Source: a bacterium (GTDB taxonomy: Bacteria; Myxococcota; Kuafuiibacteriia; Kuafuiibacteriales; Kuafuiibacteriaceae). Taken from it: 38,486 nucleotides of DNA. Both the position numbers and the translations under genes were made by a program. Shown here one piece after another: positions 1 to 8,632 of this stretch (positions are counted from its first letter, which is position 1; the number at the start of each line of letters is the position of its first letter). The notes beneath the pieces were generated by a model. That model was not told the DNA's origin. It did not search any database and worked only from the letters and a program-made list of their open reading frames with translations. Location: contig JAUHYN010000002.1 of NCBI GenBank assembly GCA_030426505.1, positions 1-38,486 on the forward strand. Direction: 5' to 3'.

Positions 1-1185
1 GTCCGGCGCGTCGAACAGGTCGCGAAGTCGCTCTCGTCGTTCGAGGACGATCGCTTCGACCCCGCACTTTCTCGCGCCGTCCTCGCGGGGCGAGCGCTCT
101 TCGACAAACAGTGCGACGCCCTCGCGTTCGTGTTGCGGACGTTCACGGGTTCCAGCGGCTCCGAGTCGCTGCTGCGCCGCGCCGCGATCATGAAGCTCGG
201 TGAGGTCGGGCGCCGCCGCGACATCGGCGCGCTCCTCCCGCACGTGCGCAAGGGCGACTCGAGCGACCTCTACCACGGCCTCGGCGCGATCCGCGCGATC
301 ACCGCGCGCAAGGGCTCGCCGCAGATCCGCAAGCGCCTCGACAAACACCCCGTCGTGGGGCCGCTCCTGACGAAGGACAAGCTCTCGGTCGACGAACACA
401 AGCTGCTCGTCGAGATGGTCCTCAAGCACGGGACGATCGACCACGTGGAGCCCATGAAGGGCGGCGCCCACTTCAACCCGGTTTACTTCGTCACGTTCAA
501 GGAGACGGAGCCCGGACCGAACGGGACGCGGCGCCCGATCCGCGGCGTCTTCAAACCGGAGACCACGTGGGAGGGGAAGGACCGCGCGTACTTCTCGCGC
601 GAGGTCTCCGCCTACGAGTTCGATCGCTCGTTCGCGCGCACGGACCTCGTCCCGCCTACGGTCGAGGGGCTCCTCCCGCTCGGCAAGGGGCCGGCCTGCG
701 AGCTCGGTTCGCTTCAGTATATGATCCCCGACGCAAAGGCGCTCGGGTACCGAGTGCGCGAAGACGGCGTGGAGAAGTGGAAGTACCACGACGAATTCCG
801 CTCGCTGGAGCACGATCCGGCGTTCTTGCGTCAGATGGCCCGGGCGCGCACCATCCTCTACGTGCTGGGCGACCCGGACAAGCTGCCGAGCAACGTGAAG
901 CCGCTGCCGAACCTCGCCAACTTCATGGTGAGCGAGAAGACTCGGCTGTGGCTGATCGACAACGCCTACAGCCAGGGCGCCGCGCCGAAGCCGCACCGCG
1001 AGATCCTCCCGGACCGCCACGACGGCTCCGTGCTCCACAACTTCGAGACGTCGCTGTCGCACGGGCGCAGCGGGATCGAGGAAGCGCTCGCGACCTTCAT
1101 CGAGGATCACGACGCGAGTGAGGTCTCGCGCCGCACCGACGTCGCGCGCCAGCTCCTGCGCGACCGCCCGAGGGACGACTCATGA
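1..1185 (+). CDS. HEAT-like repeat protein with a PI3/PI4-kinase-like (protein-kinase-fold) C-terminal domain; 5' end lies outside the window
   Basis: Frame 1 has no stop from nt 1, so the ORF-track entry 130..1185 is probably an internal GTG. The frame is GC3-rich. Motifs GVFKPETTWEGKDRAYFSREVSAYEFDR and LWLIDNAYSQG resemble bacterial PI3_PI4-kinase/SCO1664-like proteins. The N-terminal part looks like HEAT/PBS-lyase repeats. Confidence 0.6.
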   Translation, partial: VRRVEQVAKSLSSFEDDRFDPALSRAVLAGRALFDKQCDALAFVLRTFTGSSGSESLLRRAAIMKLGEVGRRRDIGALLPHVRKGDSSDLYHGLGAIRAITARKGSPQIRKRLDKHPVVGPLLTKDKLSVDEHKLLVEMVLKHGTIDHVEPMKGGAHFNPVYFVTFKETEPGPNGTRRPIRGVFKPETTWEGKDRAYFSREVSAYEFDRSFARTDLVPPTVEGLLPLGKGPACELGSLQYMIPDAKALGYRVREDGVEKWKYHDEFRSLEHDPAFLRQMARARTILYVLGDPDKLPSNVKPLPNLANFMVSEKTRLWLIDNAYSQGAAPKPHREILPDRHDGSVLHNFETSLSHGRSGIEEALATFIEDHDASEVSRRTDVARQLLRDRPRDDS

Positions 1186-1364
1186 GCGGCCAGGGCGACA
1201 TCATGAACCTCATCGAAGGCCTCCCGTTCGACCGCGAGACCCTCGCGAACCTCGCCGCCGCCGACCCGTGCGCCATGCGCGAGATGCTGTCGACGTACCT
1301 GCGCGACGAAGAGGTCGACGCGATCCTCGAGCGCGTTCAGGACCTCGTCGCCCACGCCGAGTGA
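1182..1364 (+). CDS. Small hypothetical protein (60 aa)
   Basis: Its ATG overlaps the upstream stop (ATGA at 1182-1185). The frame is GC3-rich and the protein is acidic and helical-looking. No family recognised. Confidence 0.45.
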   Translation: MSGQGDIMNLIEGLPFDRETLANLAAADPCAMREMLSTYLRDEEVDAILERVQDLVAHAE

Positions 1365-1365
1365 G

Positions 1366-1791
1366 ATGGCTTCCAAGAAGCCCACCCAGCCCAAGCTCCT
1401 CTCCGGCGGCAACCCGCAGATCCCCAAGGGCGACGGCGACGCGCCGGTCGAGGCGTACCTCGCGGCGATGCCGGGTTGGAAACAGGGCGCCGGTCGCGAG
1501 CTCGACGCGCTGATCGTTCGGCTGGTGCCGGGCGTGAGGAAGGCGGTGCGGTGGAACACGCCGTTCTACGGCGTGGAGGGGCAGGGCTGGTTCCTCGGGT
1601 TCCACTGCTTCACGAAGTACATCAAGGTCACGTTCCTCCGCGGGGCCGCGCTCGATCCGCTCCCGCCGGTCGGGTCGAAGGATCCGAACGCTCGCTACCT
1701 GCACATCGAGGAAGGCGACGCGATCGACACGCCCGAGAACGAGGCGTGGATCCGACAGGCCGCGACGATCCCCGGCGACCCACTCTTCTGA
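1366..1791 (+). CDS. DUF1801 (YdhG-like) domain protein
   Basis: The ATG lies 1 nt after the previous stop. The pattern VEAYLAAMPGW...VRKAVRWNTPFYGVEGQGWFLGFHCFTKYIKVTFLRGAAL matches the DUF1801 layout. Confidence 0.8.
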   Translation: MASKKPTQPKLLSGGNPQIPKGDGDAPVEAYLAAMPGWKQGAGRELDALIVRLVPGVRKAVRWNTPFYGVEGQGWFLGFHCFTKYIKVTFLRGAALDPLPPVGSKDPNARYLHIEEGDAIDTPENEAWIRQAATIPGDPLF

Positions 1792-1879
1792 GCGCCGCGC
1801 GCGACGTCGTCACCACGCACCGGACCGATCGCCTCGCGCCGGACACGAGTTCGCCACAACTCGCGGCGACGCTCGAACC

Positions 1880-3742
1880 ATGCGTTCAGCCACTCTCTGT
1901 GCTCTCTCGCTCCTCTTTCCCGCGGTAGCCCACGCCGAGCTCTCGGGCGCGCCCTCCTTCGATCGCCGCGAGCTCTCCGTGGTGGCGACGGACACGCAGG
2001 TGGACGTCACCGGCGTCGTCGCGCGCGTCGTCGTGCGGCAGACCTACTTCAACGGATCCTCCACCCCGATCGACGCCACGTACGTGTTCCCCGGCTCCAC
2101 CCACGCCGCAGTCGACGGGCTCACGATGCAGATCGGCGACCGCCGGATCGAGGCGAAGGTGAAGACCCGCGAGAAGGCGCGCGCCACGTTCGAGCGCGCG
2201 AAGGCGCAGGGCAAGACGGCGACGCTCCTCGAGCAGCACCGCCCCAACGTCTTCCAGTCCAGCGTGTCGAACCTGATGCCGGGCGATCGGATCGACGTCA
2301 CGCTCTACTACACCGAGCTCCTCGTCCCCGAGGAGCGCGTCTACGAGATCGTGCTCCCGCAGATCGTCGCGGAGCGCTTCGGGGCGCCGCCGTGGGAGGG
2401 CGCGGCGGACCGCACGAACCGCGCGCGCGTCGAGGTCCGCGTCGACGCCGGAATGCCGATCCGACAGATGCACGTCCCGTCGCACGACGCCGCGCCGCGC
2501 GTGAGCGGGAACGAAGGCTACGCGCGGATCGACGCGCCTGACGGCTTCGCCGAGGACGTCGTCATTCGCTACCGCCTCGCCGGCGATCGCATCCAGACCG
2601 GCCTCCTCCTCGACGAGCGCGAGGACGGTGGCTCGTTCCTCCTCATGATGCAGCCGCCGGAGCGCCTCGCCCCCAACGCGATGCCGCCGCGCGAGTACGT
2701 GTTCATCGTGGACGTCTCCGGCTCGATGAACGGCTTCCCGTTGGAGGTCGCGACGCACCTCCTCGAAGAGCTCGTCGGCAATCTGGGGCCCATGGATCGC
2801 TTCAACGTCGTCTGCTTCGCGAGCTCGAACTCGGTACTCTTCGATCGCTCGATGCCCGCGACCCGCGAGACGCTCGCCGAGGCGCGCGGTCTCCTCGCCT
2901 CCGCGCCCGCGGGCGGGACGCAGCTCGGCGCCGCGCTCGAACGCGCGCTGAACCTCCCGCGCAACGAAGGTGTGGCCACGAGCTTCGTCGTGATCACCGA
3001 CGGCTTCATCACCGCCGAGCGCGCCGCGTTCGATCTCGTGCGCACCCGCCGCGGCGATGCCAACGTCTTCGCGCTCGGCATCGGCCCGAACGTGAATCGC
3101 TTCCTCGTCGAAGGGCTCGCGAAGGCCGGCGGCGGTCACCCGTTCGTCGTGACGAGCCACCCCGACGCGCAGCACGAAGCCGAGCGCCTCCTCGCCTACG
3201 TGCGCTCGCCGGTGCTCACGGACATCCGCGTCGCTTTCGACGGCTTCGACGCCTACGACCTCGAGCCCCCAACCGTCCCCGACCTCTTCGCGGACCGACC
3301 GATCGTGGTGTTCGGCAAGTACCGCGGCGCGCCGAAGGGGCGCGTGACCGTCACCGGTCGCGGCGGCGCGGACATCACCTTCGCGCGGACGCTCCCGTTG
3401 GAGCGGACCGGCGAGCGCAACGTCGCGATCGAGAAGCTGTGGGCGCGGTCGCGCATCGAGCAGCTCACGGTCTTGCTCGGCGTGGTCGGTGACGCGAGCG
3501 TCGGGTCCCAGATCGAAGCGCTCGGCCTCGAGCACAACCTCCTCACCGAGCGCACGAGCTTCGTCGCGGTCGACGAGACCGTCCGCAACGTCGCGCGCGC
3601 CCCGGCGTCGTCTTCGTCGCGGGGCTGGGGGACGTCGATCTCCGGGACGCCGGAGCTCGATCCGGGGGCCGGCGCCGGCGCGCTCCTCCTCCTCGCGGGG
3701 CTCGTCGCGATGCGCCTCGATCGTCGTCGCCGGTCGGAGTAG
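1880..3742 (+). CDS. Secreted VIT + von Willebrand factor A protein with a PEP-CTERM-like (VPEID-type) C-terminal sorting tail
   Basis: There is an N-terminal signal peptide (LSLLFPAVAHA). A VIT-like N-terminal domain is followed by a VWA MIDAS motif (FIVDVSGSM). The tail GTPELDPGAGAGALLLLAGLVAMRLDRRRRSE has the motif, TM helix and Arg cluster expected of exosortase substrates. Confidence 0.85.
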   Translation: MRSATLCALSLLFPAVAHAELSGAPSFDRRELSVVATDTQVDVTGVVARVVVRQTYFNGSSTPIDATYVFPGSTHAAVDGLTMQIGDRRIEAKVKTREKARATFERAKAQGKTATLLEQHRPNVFQSSVSNLMPGDRIDVTLYYTELLVPEERVYEIVLPQIVAERFGAPPWEGAADRTNRARVEVRVDAGMPIRQMHVPSHDAAPRVSGNEGYARIDAPDGFAEDVVIRYRLAGDRIQTGLLLDEREDGGSFLLMMQPPERLAPNAMPPREYVFIVDVSGSMNGFPLEVATHLLEELVGNLGPMDRFNVVCFASSNSVLFDRSMPATRETLAEARGLLASAPAGGTQLGAALERALNLPRNEGVATSFVVITDGFITAERAAFDLVRTRRGDANVFALGIGPNVNRFLVEGLAKAGGGHPFVVTSHPDAQHEAERLLAYVRSPVLTDIRVAFDGFDAYDLEPPTVPDLFADRPIVVFGKYRGAPKGRVTVTGRGGADITFARTLPLERTGERNVAIEKLWARSRIEQLTVLLGVVGDASVGSQIEALGLEHNLLTERTSFVAVDETVRNVARAPASSSSRGWGTSISGTPELDPGAGAGALLLLAGLVAMRLDRRRRSE

Positions 3743-3746
3743 CGAA

Positions 3747-5120
3747 GTGCGCCTCGTCTTCGCGCTCGCGCTCGTCCTGGTCGAGTACCTGCTGATCAGC
3801 GTGGCGCTCGACTCGAGCGGTACGCCGTGGGGCCACGCGGCGGCGCTCGCCGTCGCCGTCGCGTGTGCAGTCGTGCTCTTCGCCGAGCAGACGCGTCGCG
3901 CGATCTTGGTGGCGCGTGTCGAGCGGCGGACCCTCGCCTTGCACGGCGTGCTCGCCCTGGGCGCGGCGGTCGTGATCGCCTTCGTGCGATCGCCCCTCGT
4001 GGTCACCGCGGTCGCGATCTGCGCGGCGCTCCCGTTGTTGCTCCCGGTGCTCCGCATCGCGTTCGCGGATCGGCGCGCGGCGATCGTCGCCGCGATCGTG
4101 GGCGCCGCGGCATTCGTAGTCGGCCTGAATGGCGGCGCGCTGTGGCCGTGGCTCGCGCGGTGGACGTTGCGCGGCGTGGCGGTGGTCCTGCACGGCGCTG
4201 GCGTCGACGTCATCGAGCACGTCGAAGAGGGCATCGTCGGGACGCCGGCATTCGTGGTGCGCGTCGACCCGACGTGCTCCGGGATGGAGGGCCTCGGGTT
4301 GATGCTCGTGTTCGTCGGCGTCGGCCTGTACGGCTTCCGGCGGGAGCTCGTGTTCCCCCGCGCGTGGTTGCTCGTCCCGACGGCGGCGGCGTTGGTGCTC
4401 GCGTTGAACGTGTTGCGGATCAGCGTGCTGATCGGCGTCGGTCACGCGGGCGCGCCGGACCTCGCGCTCGGCGGGTTCCACTCGCGCGCGGGGTGGGTCG
4501 GATTCTGCGCAGTGGCGGCGCTCGTGGTCGAGGTCGCGCGGCGGAGTCGGTGGTTGCGGTCCGCGCCGCGGCGCGGCGGTGATGCCCCGGCCGTCGCGTA
4601 CCTCGCGCCGGTCGCGGCGCTCCTCGCCGGCAAGCTCGTGGTCCCGTTGCTCAGCACGGACGTGACGCTCGCGTTAGTGTGGCGCACCGCGCTCGGCGAG
4701 TTGGTGCGCGGCCGCGGTGGGCCCGTCGTCGCGATCGTCGCGGGCGTGATCGTCTACATCGTGTGGCGAGCGTTCGGCGCGGTCGCTCCTCCGGAAGCCC
4801 CCTCACTCGCGACCTGGGGCCTGCACTTCGCGGTGTCCGTCTTCCTGATCCCCGTCGTCGAAGAGCTCGCGTTCCGCGGCTACCTGCTGCGGCGCCTCTT
4901 CACGCCCCGGTTCGAGGACGCGGATCCTGCGCGCGCGCCGCTGTGGTCGGTGTTCGCGAGCGCGCTCGTGTTCGGCGTGGCGCACGAGCGCTTCGCGGCG
5001 GCGGTCCTCGCGGGCCTCGTCTTCGCGTGGGTCTACCGGCGCCGGGGCCGACTCCTCGACGCCGTCCTCGCGCACGCCGTCGCAAACGCCGCGATCGCGC
5101 TCGAGGTGATGTCTCTGTGA
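3747..5120 (+). CDS. xrtE: Exosortase (XrtE-like) fused to a CPBP/CAAX-type intramembrane protease domain
   Basis: I propose the GTG at 3747, 5 nt after the upstream stop. The ORF-track start at 3489 overlaps the VWA gene and looks like an over-extension. The protein is polytopic. Exosortase hallmarks are DPTCSGMEGL (Cys), NVLRISVL (Arg) and FHSRAGWV (His). C-terminal CPBP motifs are VVEELAFRGYL, FGVAHE and HAVANA. Confidence 0.7.
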   Translation: MRLVFALALVLVEYLLISVALDSSGTPWGHAAALAVAVACAVVLFAEQTRRAILVARVERRTLALHGVLALGAAVVIAFVRSPLVVTAVAICAALPLLLPVLRIAFADRRAAIVAAIVGAAAFVVGLNGGALWPWLARWTLRGVAVVLHGAGVDVIEHVEEGIVGTPAFVVRVDPTCSGMEGLGLMLVFVGVGLYGFRRELVFPRAWLLVPTAAALVLALNVLRISVLIGVGHAGAPDLALGGFHSRAGWVGFCAVAALVVEVARRSRWLRSAPRRGGDAPAVAYLAPVAALLAGKLVVPLLSTDVTLALVWRTALGELVRGRGGPVVAIVAGVIVYIVWRAFGAVAPPEAPSLATWGLHFAVSVFLIPVVEELAFRGYLLRRLFTPRFEDADPARAPLWSVFASALVFGVAHERFAAAVLAGLVFAWVYRRRGRLLDAVLAHAVANAAIALEVMSL

Positions 5121-5181
5121 GGTGTGGAGGTGGTTGCCGGACCCACGGCGCGCACGCCTCGGGTTTCGCGTACACTCCCCG

Positions 5182-6885
5182 ATGATGCGTGGGCGAACGC
5201 ATTGGATCGCACTGGTGTGCGCGGCGTGTACGTCGCCGCCCATCGTCGAGGAGTCTCCCCCACCCTCCGAGGAGGTCCCCATCGCGCGCGTCCACAACGC
5301 GTCGCCGACCGAGGCCATCGCGCTCGATCGCGCGCCGCGCGCGACGTTCCCGCGGATCCCCTCGCAGGGTGAAGCCCCGCCGAATCGCTGCGCGAGCGCG
5401 GCCGCGGATCGCATGTTCGACGACATCACCGCGTGCGCCGGTGTGACCGCGCACCGCGGCTTCATCCACGGCTACCGCACGTCGGGCCAGGCGTTCGCCG
5501 ACGTCGACGGCGACGGCGATCTCGATCTCTACGTCACCGACTCGCTCGGCCCCAACACGCTCTACGCGAACCGCGGCGACGGGACGTACGAGATCTCCGA
5601 GCTCTCGGACCAGGTCGCGCACGCACCCGACCCGAGCGGCGGCGCCGTGTTCGCCGACTACGACAACGACGGCGATCCCGATCTCTACGTCCTCGCGTGG
5701 GGCCGCAACACGCTCTACCGCAACGAGGGCGGCGCGGGGTTCATCGACGTCACGGAGACCGCGAGCGTCGGCACGCTCGGTATGGGGCAGACCGCCGCGT
5801 TCGGCGACTACGACAAGGACGGCTTCCTCGATCTCTACGTGACCAACTGGCTCTGCGACACGTGCGGCGAGGACTGGGTGCAGTCGTTCGGCGATCGCCT
5901 CTACCACAACGAAGGCGACGGCACGTTCACCGACGTCTCGCACTTGATGGGCGTCGCCGAGCGCTCGGGCGCGGGCTACGTCGCGACCTGGTTCGATTAC
6001 GACGACGACCTCGATCTCGATCTGTACGTCGTCAACGACAAGGGCGCCGAGGGCGAGCCCTCCGCGACCCGACCGATCAGCCGCAACGTCCTCTGGGAGA
6101 ACGTCGGCCCGGGCTGCGGCGGGTGGTGCTTCCGCGAACGGGCGGTCGAGGCGGGCGCGGACCAACGCATCGAAGGAATGGGGCTCGCGGTCGGCGACTA
6201 CGACGTCGACGGCGACCTCGATCTGTTCTTCACGAACGCCGGCGACCCCGTGCTCCTCGCCAACGACGGGCGCGGCAACTTCACCGACGTGACGGAGCCC
6301 GCCGGCCTGCGCTTCGACCACACGCACTGGGGCACCGTGTTCTTCGACCACGACAACGACGGCGACCTCGATCTGTTCTTCGCGGTGGGCCGGACGTTCG
6401 GCTACGACAACCCGAACCGCCTCTTCGAGAACCTCGGCGACGGGACGTTCGCGGACGTCTCCGAGGGCAGCGGCGCCGACGGCGCGAGCTACGACATCGG
6501 CGTGGCGAGCGGCGACTACGACGGCGACGGCGCGGTCGACCTCGTCGTGGGCGGCTTCGCGCGCGGCTACCGACTGTTGCGAAACCGCACGAACGATCGC
6601 GAGGGCAACGGCTTCATCACCGTGCGCCTCGCGGGCGGCGGACCGATCAACCGCGACGGCATCGGCGCGCGCGTCTACGTGGAGACCGCGGACGGGCGCC
6701 AGCAGATGCAGGAGCTCGTCTGCGGATCCAGCAACGGCGCGGGGAGCGAGCTCGCGCTGCACTTCGGGATCGGCGCGCAGCGCGTCGGGCAGGTCTTCGT
6801 GCGGTGGCCGGACGGGTTGCTCACCGCGAAGTCGAACGTGCCGGCCGGCAGTCGAATCCTCATGGAATACCCAGTCGATCATTGA
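5182..6885 (+). CDS. CRTAC1-family protein (FG-GAP/VCBS repeats + ASPIC/UnbV C-terminal domain)
   Basis: The ATG at 5182 gives MMRGRTHWIALVCAAC, a signal or lipoprotein-like N-terminus. The ORF-track GTG at 5122 is the alternative start. Repeated F(A/G)DYDxDGDxDLYV motifs are present. The C-terminal NRDGIGARVYVE...CGSSNGAGSELALHFGIG is typical of ASPIC/UnbV. Confidence 0.85.
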   Translation: MMRGRTHWIALVCAACTSPPIVEESPPPSEEVPIARVHNASPTEAIALDRAPRATFPRIPSQGEAPPNRCASAAADRMFDDITACAGVTAHRGFIHGYRTSGQAFADVDGDGDLDLYVTDSLGPNTLYANRGDGTYEISELSDQVAHAPDPSGGAVFADYDNDGDPDLYVLAWGRNTLYRNEGGAGFIDVTETASVGTLGMGQTAAFGDYDKDGFLDLYVTNWLCDTCGEDWVQSFGDRLYHNEGDGTFTDVSHLMGVAERSGAGYVATWFDYDDDLDLDLYVVNDKGAEGEPSATRPISRNVLWENVGPGCGGWCFRERAVEAGADQRIEGMGLAVGDYDVDGDLDLFFTNAGDPVLLANDGRGNFTDVTEPAGLRFDHTHWGTVFFDHDNDGDLDLFFAVGRTFGYDNPNRLFENLGDGTFADVSEGSGADGASYDIGVASGDYDGDGAVDLVVGGFARGYRLLRNRTNDREGNGFITVRLAGGGPINRDGIGARVYVETADGRQQMQELVCGSSNGAGSELALHFGIGAQRVGQVFVRWPDGLLTAKSNVPAGSRILMEYPVDH

Positions 6886-7045
6886 TCTCGTCACGCGAAC
6901 GTTTCTTTGTCGTCACAATCACGTGATCTGAGTTTATCCTCCGGCCATCCGCTGGTTCGCGTCTTCACTCGTCGCCCTCGCGTGGGCGCTCCTCGCGACG
7001 CGCGCCATCGCGACCGAACGAGCCACCGAGACGAGCTCGGCCACC

Positions 7046-8158
7046 GTGCGGTTCGTGCCCGGGAAGGGCGCGGTCTTCACGTCCAGCGACCGTGAGTTCG
7101 CGCTCGGCGTCCGCGTACGCGGACAGATCCGACACACGACCGAAGCCCCGAAGTCCGGCGCCGCGCGGCAAGCGTTCGAGATCCGGCGCGCCCGCGTCGT
7201 CCTCGCCGGCCACGCCTTCGGGGGCGACAACACGTTCAAGATGGAGCTCGGCCTGTCGCCCGCGGACCTCGGCGTCTCCGACAACCTCAGCGACGATCCC
7301 GACGACCGACTCCCTCGCCGCGCCGCGCTCCTCGATCTGTACTTCGAGTTCCGCCACCTCCGCGACCTCACGGTGCGGGTCGGGCAGTACAAGCTCCCGT
7401 CGAACCGCCAGCGCGTCGTCTCGTCCGGCAACCTGCAGCTCGTCGATCGCTCGATCCTGAATCCGGAGTTCACGCTCGATCGTGACCTCGCGCTCGACCT
7501 CCGCAGCCGCGATCTCTTCGGCCTCGACCTCCTCCGCTACTACCTCGGCGTCGCGATCGCCCGCGGCCGCGACAGCCGCGGCTTCGACGACTTCGCGATG
7601 ATGTACTTCGCGCGACTCGAGGTGCTGCCGTTCGGCCTCTTCCGCGACTACACCGAGGTCGACTTCGAGCGCGACGCGCGCGTGCGGGCGAGCGTCGGCG
7701 CGACGTACGCGTTCATCGACAACTCGCGTGGCCTGAGGCGCCCCGGCGACGCCGCGCCGGCCGACGGCGGCACCACCGACAACCACCTGCTGATCGCCGA
7801 CGCGATCGTGAAGTGCGCCGGCATCTCGCTGTCGACCGAGGTCGCGTATCGGCGCGGGCGGCGCAACGTCGTCGCCGCGACGCCCACTTCGATCACGCCG
7901 CCGCGCAACGGGTGGGGCGGGATGGTGCAGGCCGGCTACCTGTTCGGCTTCGCGCCGCTCGAGCTCGCGGCGCGGTACGGCTTCGTGCGGGGACTCGGCG
8001 TCACGAGCATCGGCGGTCACGAAGAGCTCGGCGGCGGCGTGAGTTGGTACCTCCACGAACACCCGTACAAGCTGCAGGCCGACGTCTTCCGGCTCTGGGA
8101 GGACCGCATCTCGGACGGCGACCTCGTGGTGCGCGTCCAACTGCAGGCTTCGCTGTGA
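7046..8158 (+). CDS. Outer-membrane porin, phosphate-selective porin O/P-like
   Basis: FEIRRARVVLAGHAFGGDNTFKMELG and the alternating beta-strand pattern ending QLQASL fit the Porin_O_P family. The same frame is open back to 6932 and encodes a signal-peptide-like IRWFASSLVALAWALLATRAIA, but has no ATG/GTG/TTG there. The true start is therefore uncertain. Confidence 0.7.
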   Translation: MRFVPGKGAVFTSSDREFALGVRVRGQIRHTTEAPKSGAARQAFEIRRARVVLAGHAFGGDNTFKMELGLSPADLGVSDNLSDDPDDRLPRRAALLDLYFEFRHLRDLTVRVGQYKLPSNRQRVVSSGNLQLVDRSILNPEFTLDRDLALDLRSRDLFGLDLLRYYLGVAIARGRDSRGFDDFAMMYFARLEVLPFGLFRDYTEVDFERDARVRASVGATYAFIDNSRGLRRPGDAAPADGGTTDNHLLIADAIVKCAGISLSTEVAYRRGRRNVVAATPTSITPPRNGWGGMVQAGYLFGFAPLELAARYGFVRGLGVTSIGGHEELGGGVSWYLHEHPYKLQADVFRLWEDRISDGDLVVRVQLQASL

Positions 8159-8187
8159 CGCATCGGCTGGGTTAGCTTCCGTTCGCG

Positions 8188-8562
8188 ATGAAACCGGGGC
8201 GCGCGATCGGGATCGCCGCGGCGCTCGTCGTCGCCGGCCTCGCGCTGTGGGCGCTCGGAGATCTTCGCGCGCGACCGCCCGGGCCCATGGGCGTCTGCCC
8301 CGACACGATGCGCGAGCGCGACTTCGAGCGCGCCGCGCTGAAGACCCACGCGCAGGAGCTCGACGCCGTCGAGCGCGCCGCCGCCGCGCGGCGCGCCGGG
8401 CGCGAACCGTCCGACGCCGACCGCGACGTCTACTGCCACTCGGAGTACGTCGCGGACTGCAAGGCGACGCCCGCCGCGGACCTCGCGGAGCGCGTCGCGG
8501 CGGCGCGCGACCGGATCGCGGCGGATCGCGCGCGCCTCGACGCCTGCACCTACCTGCGCTGA
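8188..8562 (+). CDS. Hypothetical membrane-anchored or secreted protein (124 aa)
   Basis: It has an ATG start and an N-terminal hydrophobic segment (AIGIAAALVVAGLALWAL). The frame is GC3-rich. No family recognised. Confidence 0.5.
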   Translation: MKPGRAIGIAAALVVAGLALWALGDLRARPPGPMGVCPDTMRERDFERAALKTHAQELDAVERAAAARRAGREPSDADRDVYCHSEYVADCKATPAADLAERVAAARDRIAADRARLDACTYLR

Positions 8563-8632
8563 ACCCGAAATGCGCGCGGTCACGCCTCGTGACCCGGGAG
8601 TGATTCCGACCCGCGGGTGGGTTTGACTCCAC

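Noticed and set aside
3489-3746. The upstream 86 codons of ORF 3489..5120, and similar N-terminal extensions of 16554..18365, 15979..17106, 17978..18685, 18403..19776, 19406..20725 and 30595..32793.
   Set aside because: The extensions overlap the preceding, well-supported genes in another frame and are Arg/Pro/Ser-rich. Internal starts that overlap or abut the upstream stop codon give sensible N-termini.
1886-4234. A 782-aa ORF on the minus strand, antisense to the VIT-VWA and exosortase genes. Similar giant antisense ORFs lie at 4900..6894, 6965..9367 and 13759..16287.
   Set aside because: The translations are extremely Arg/Ala/Asp/Glu/His-rich and low in complexity, with no motifs. They mirror well-supported sense-strand genes. 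Long stop-free antisense frames are expected in DNA this GC-rich.
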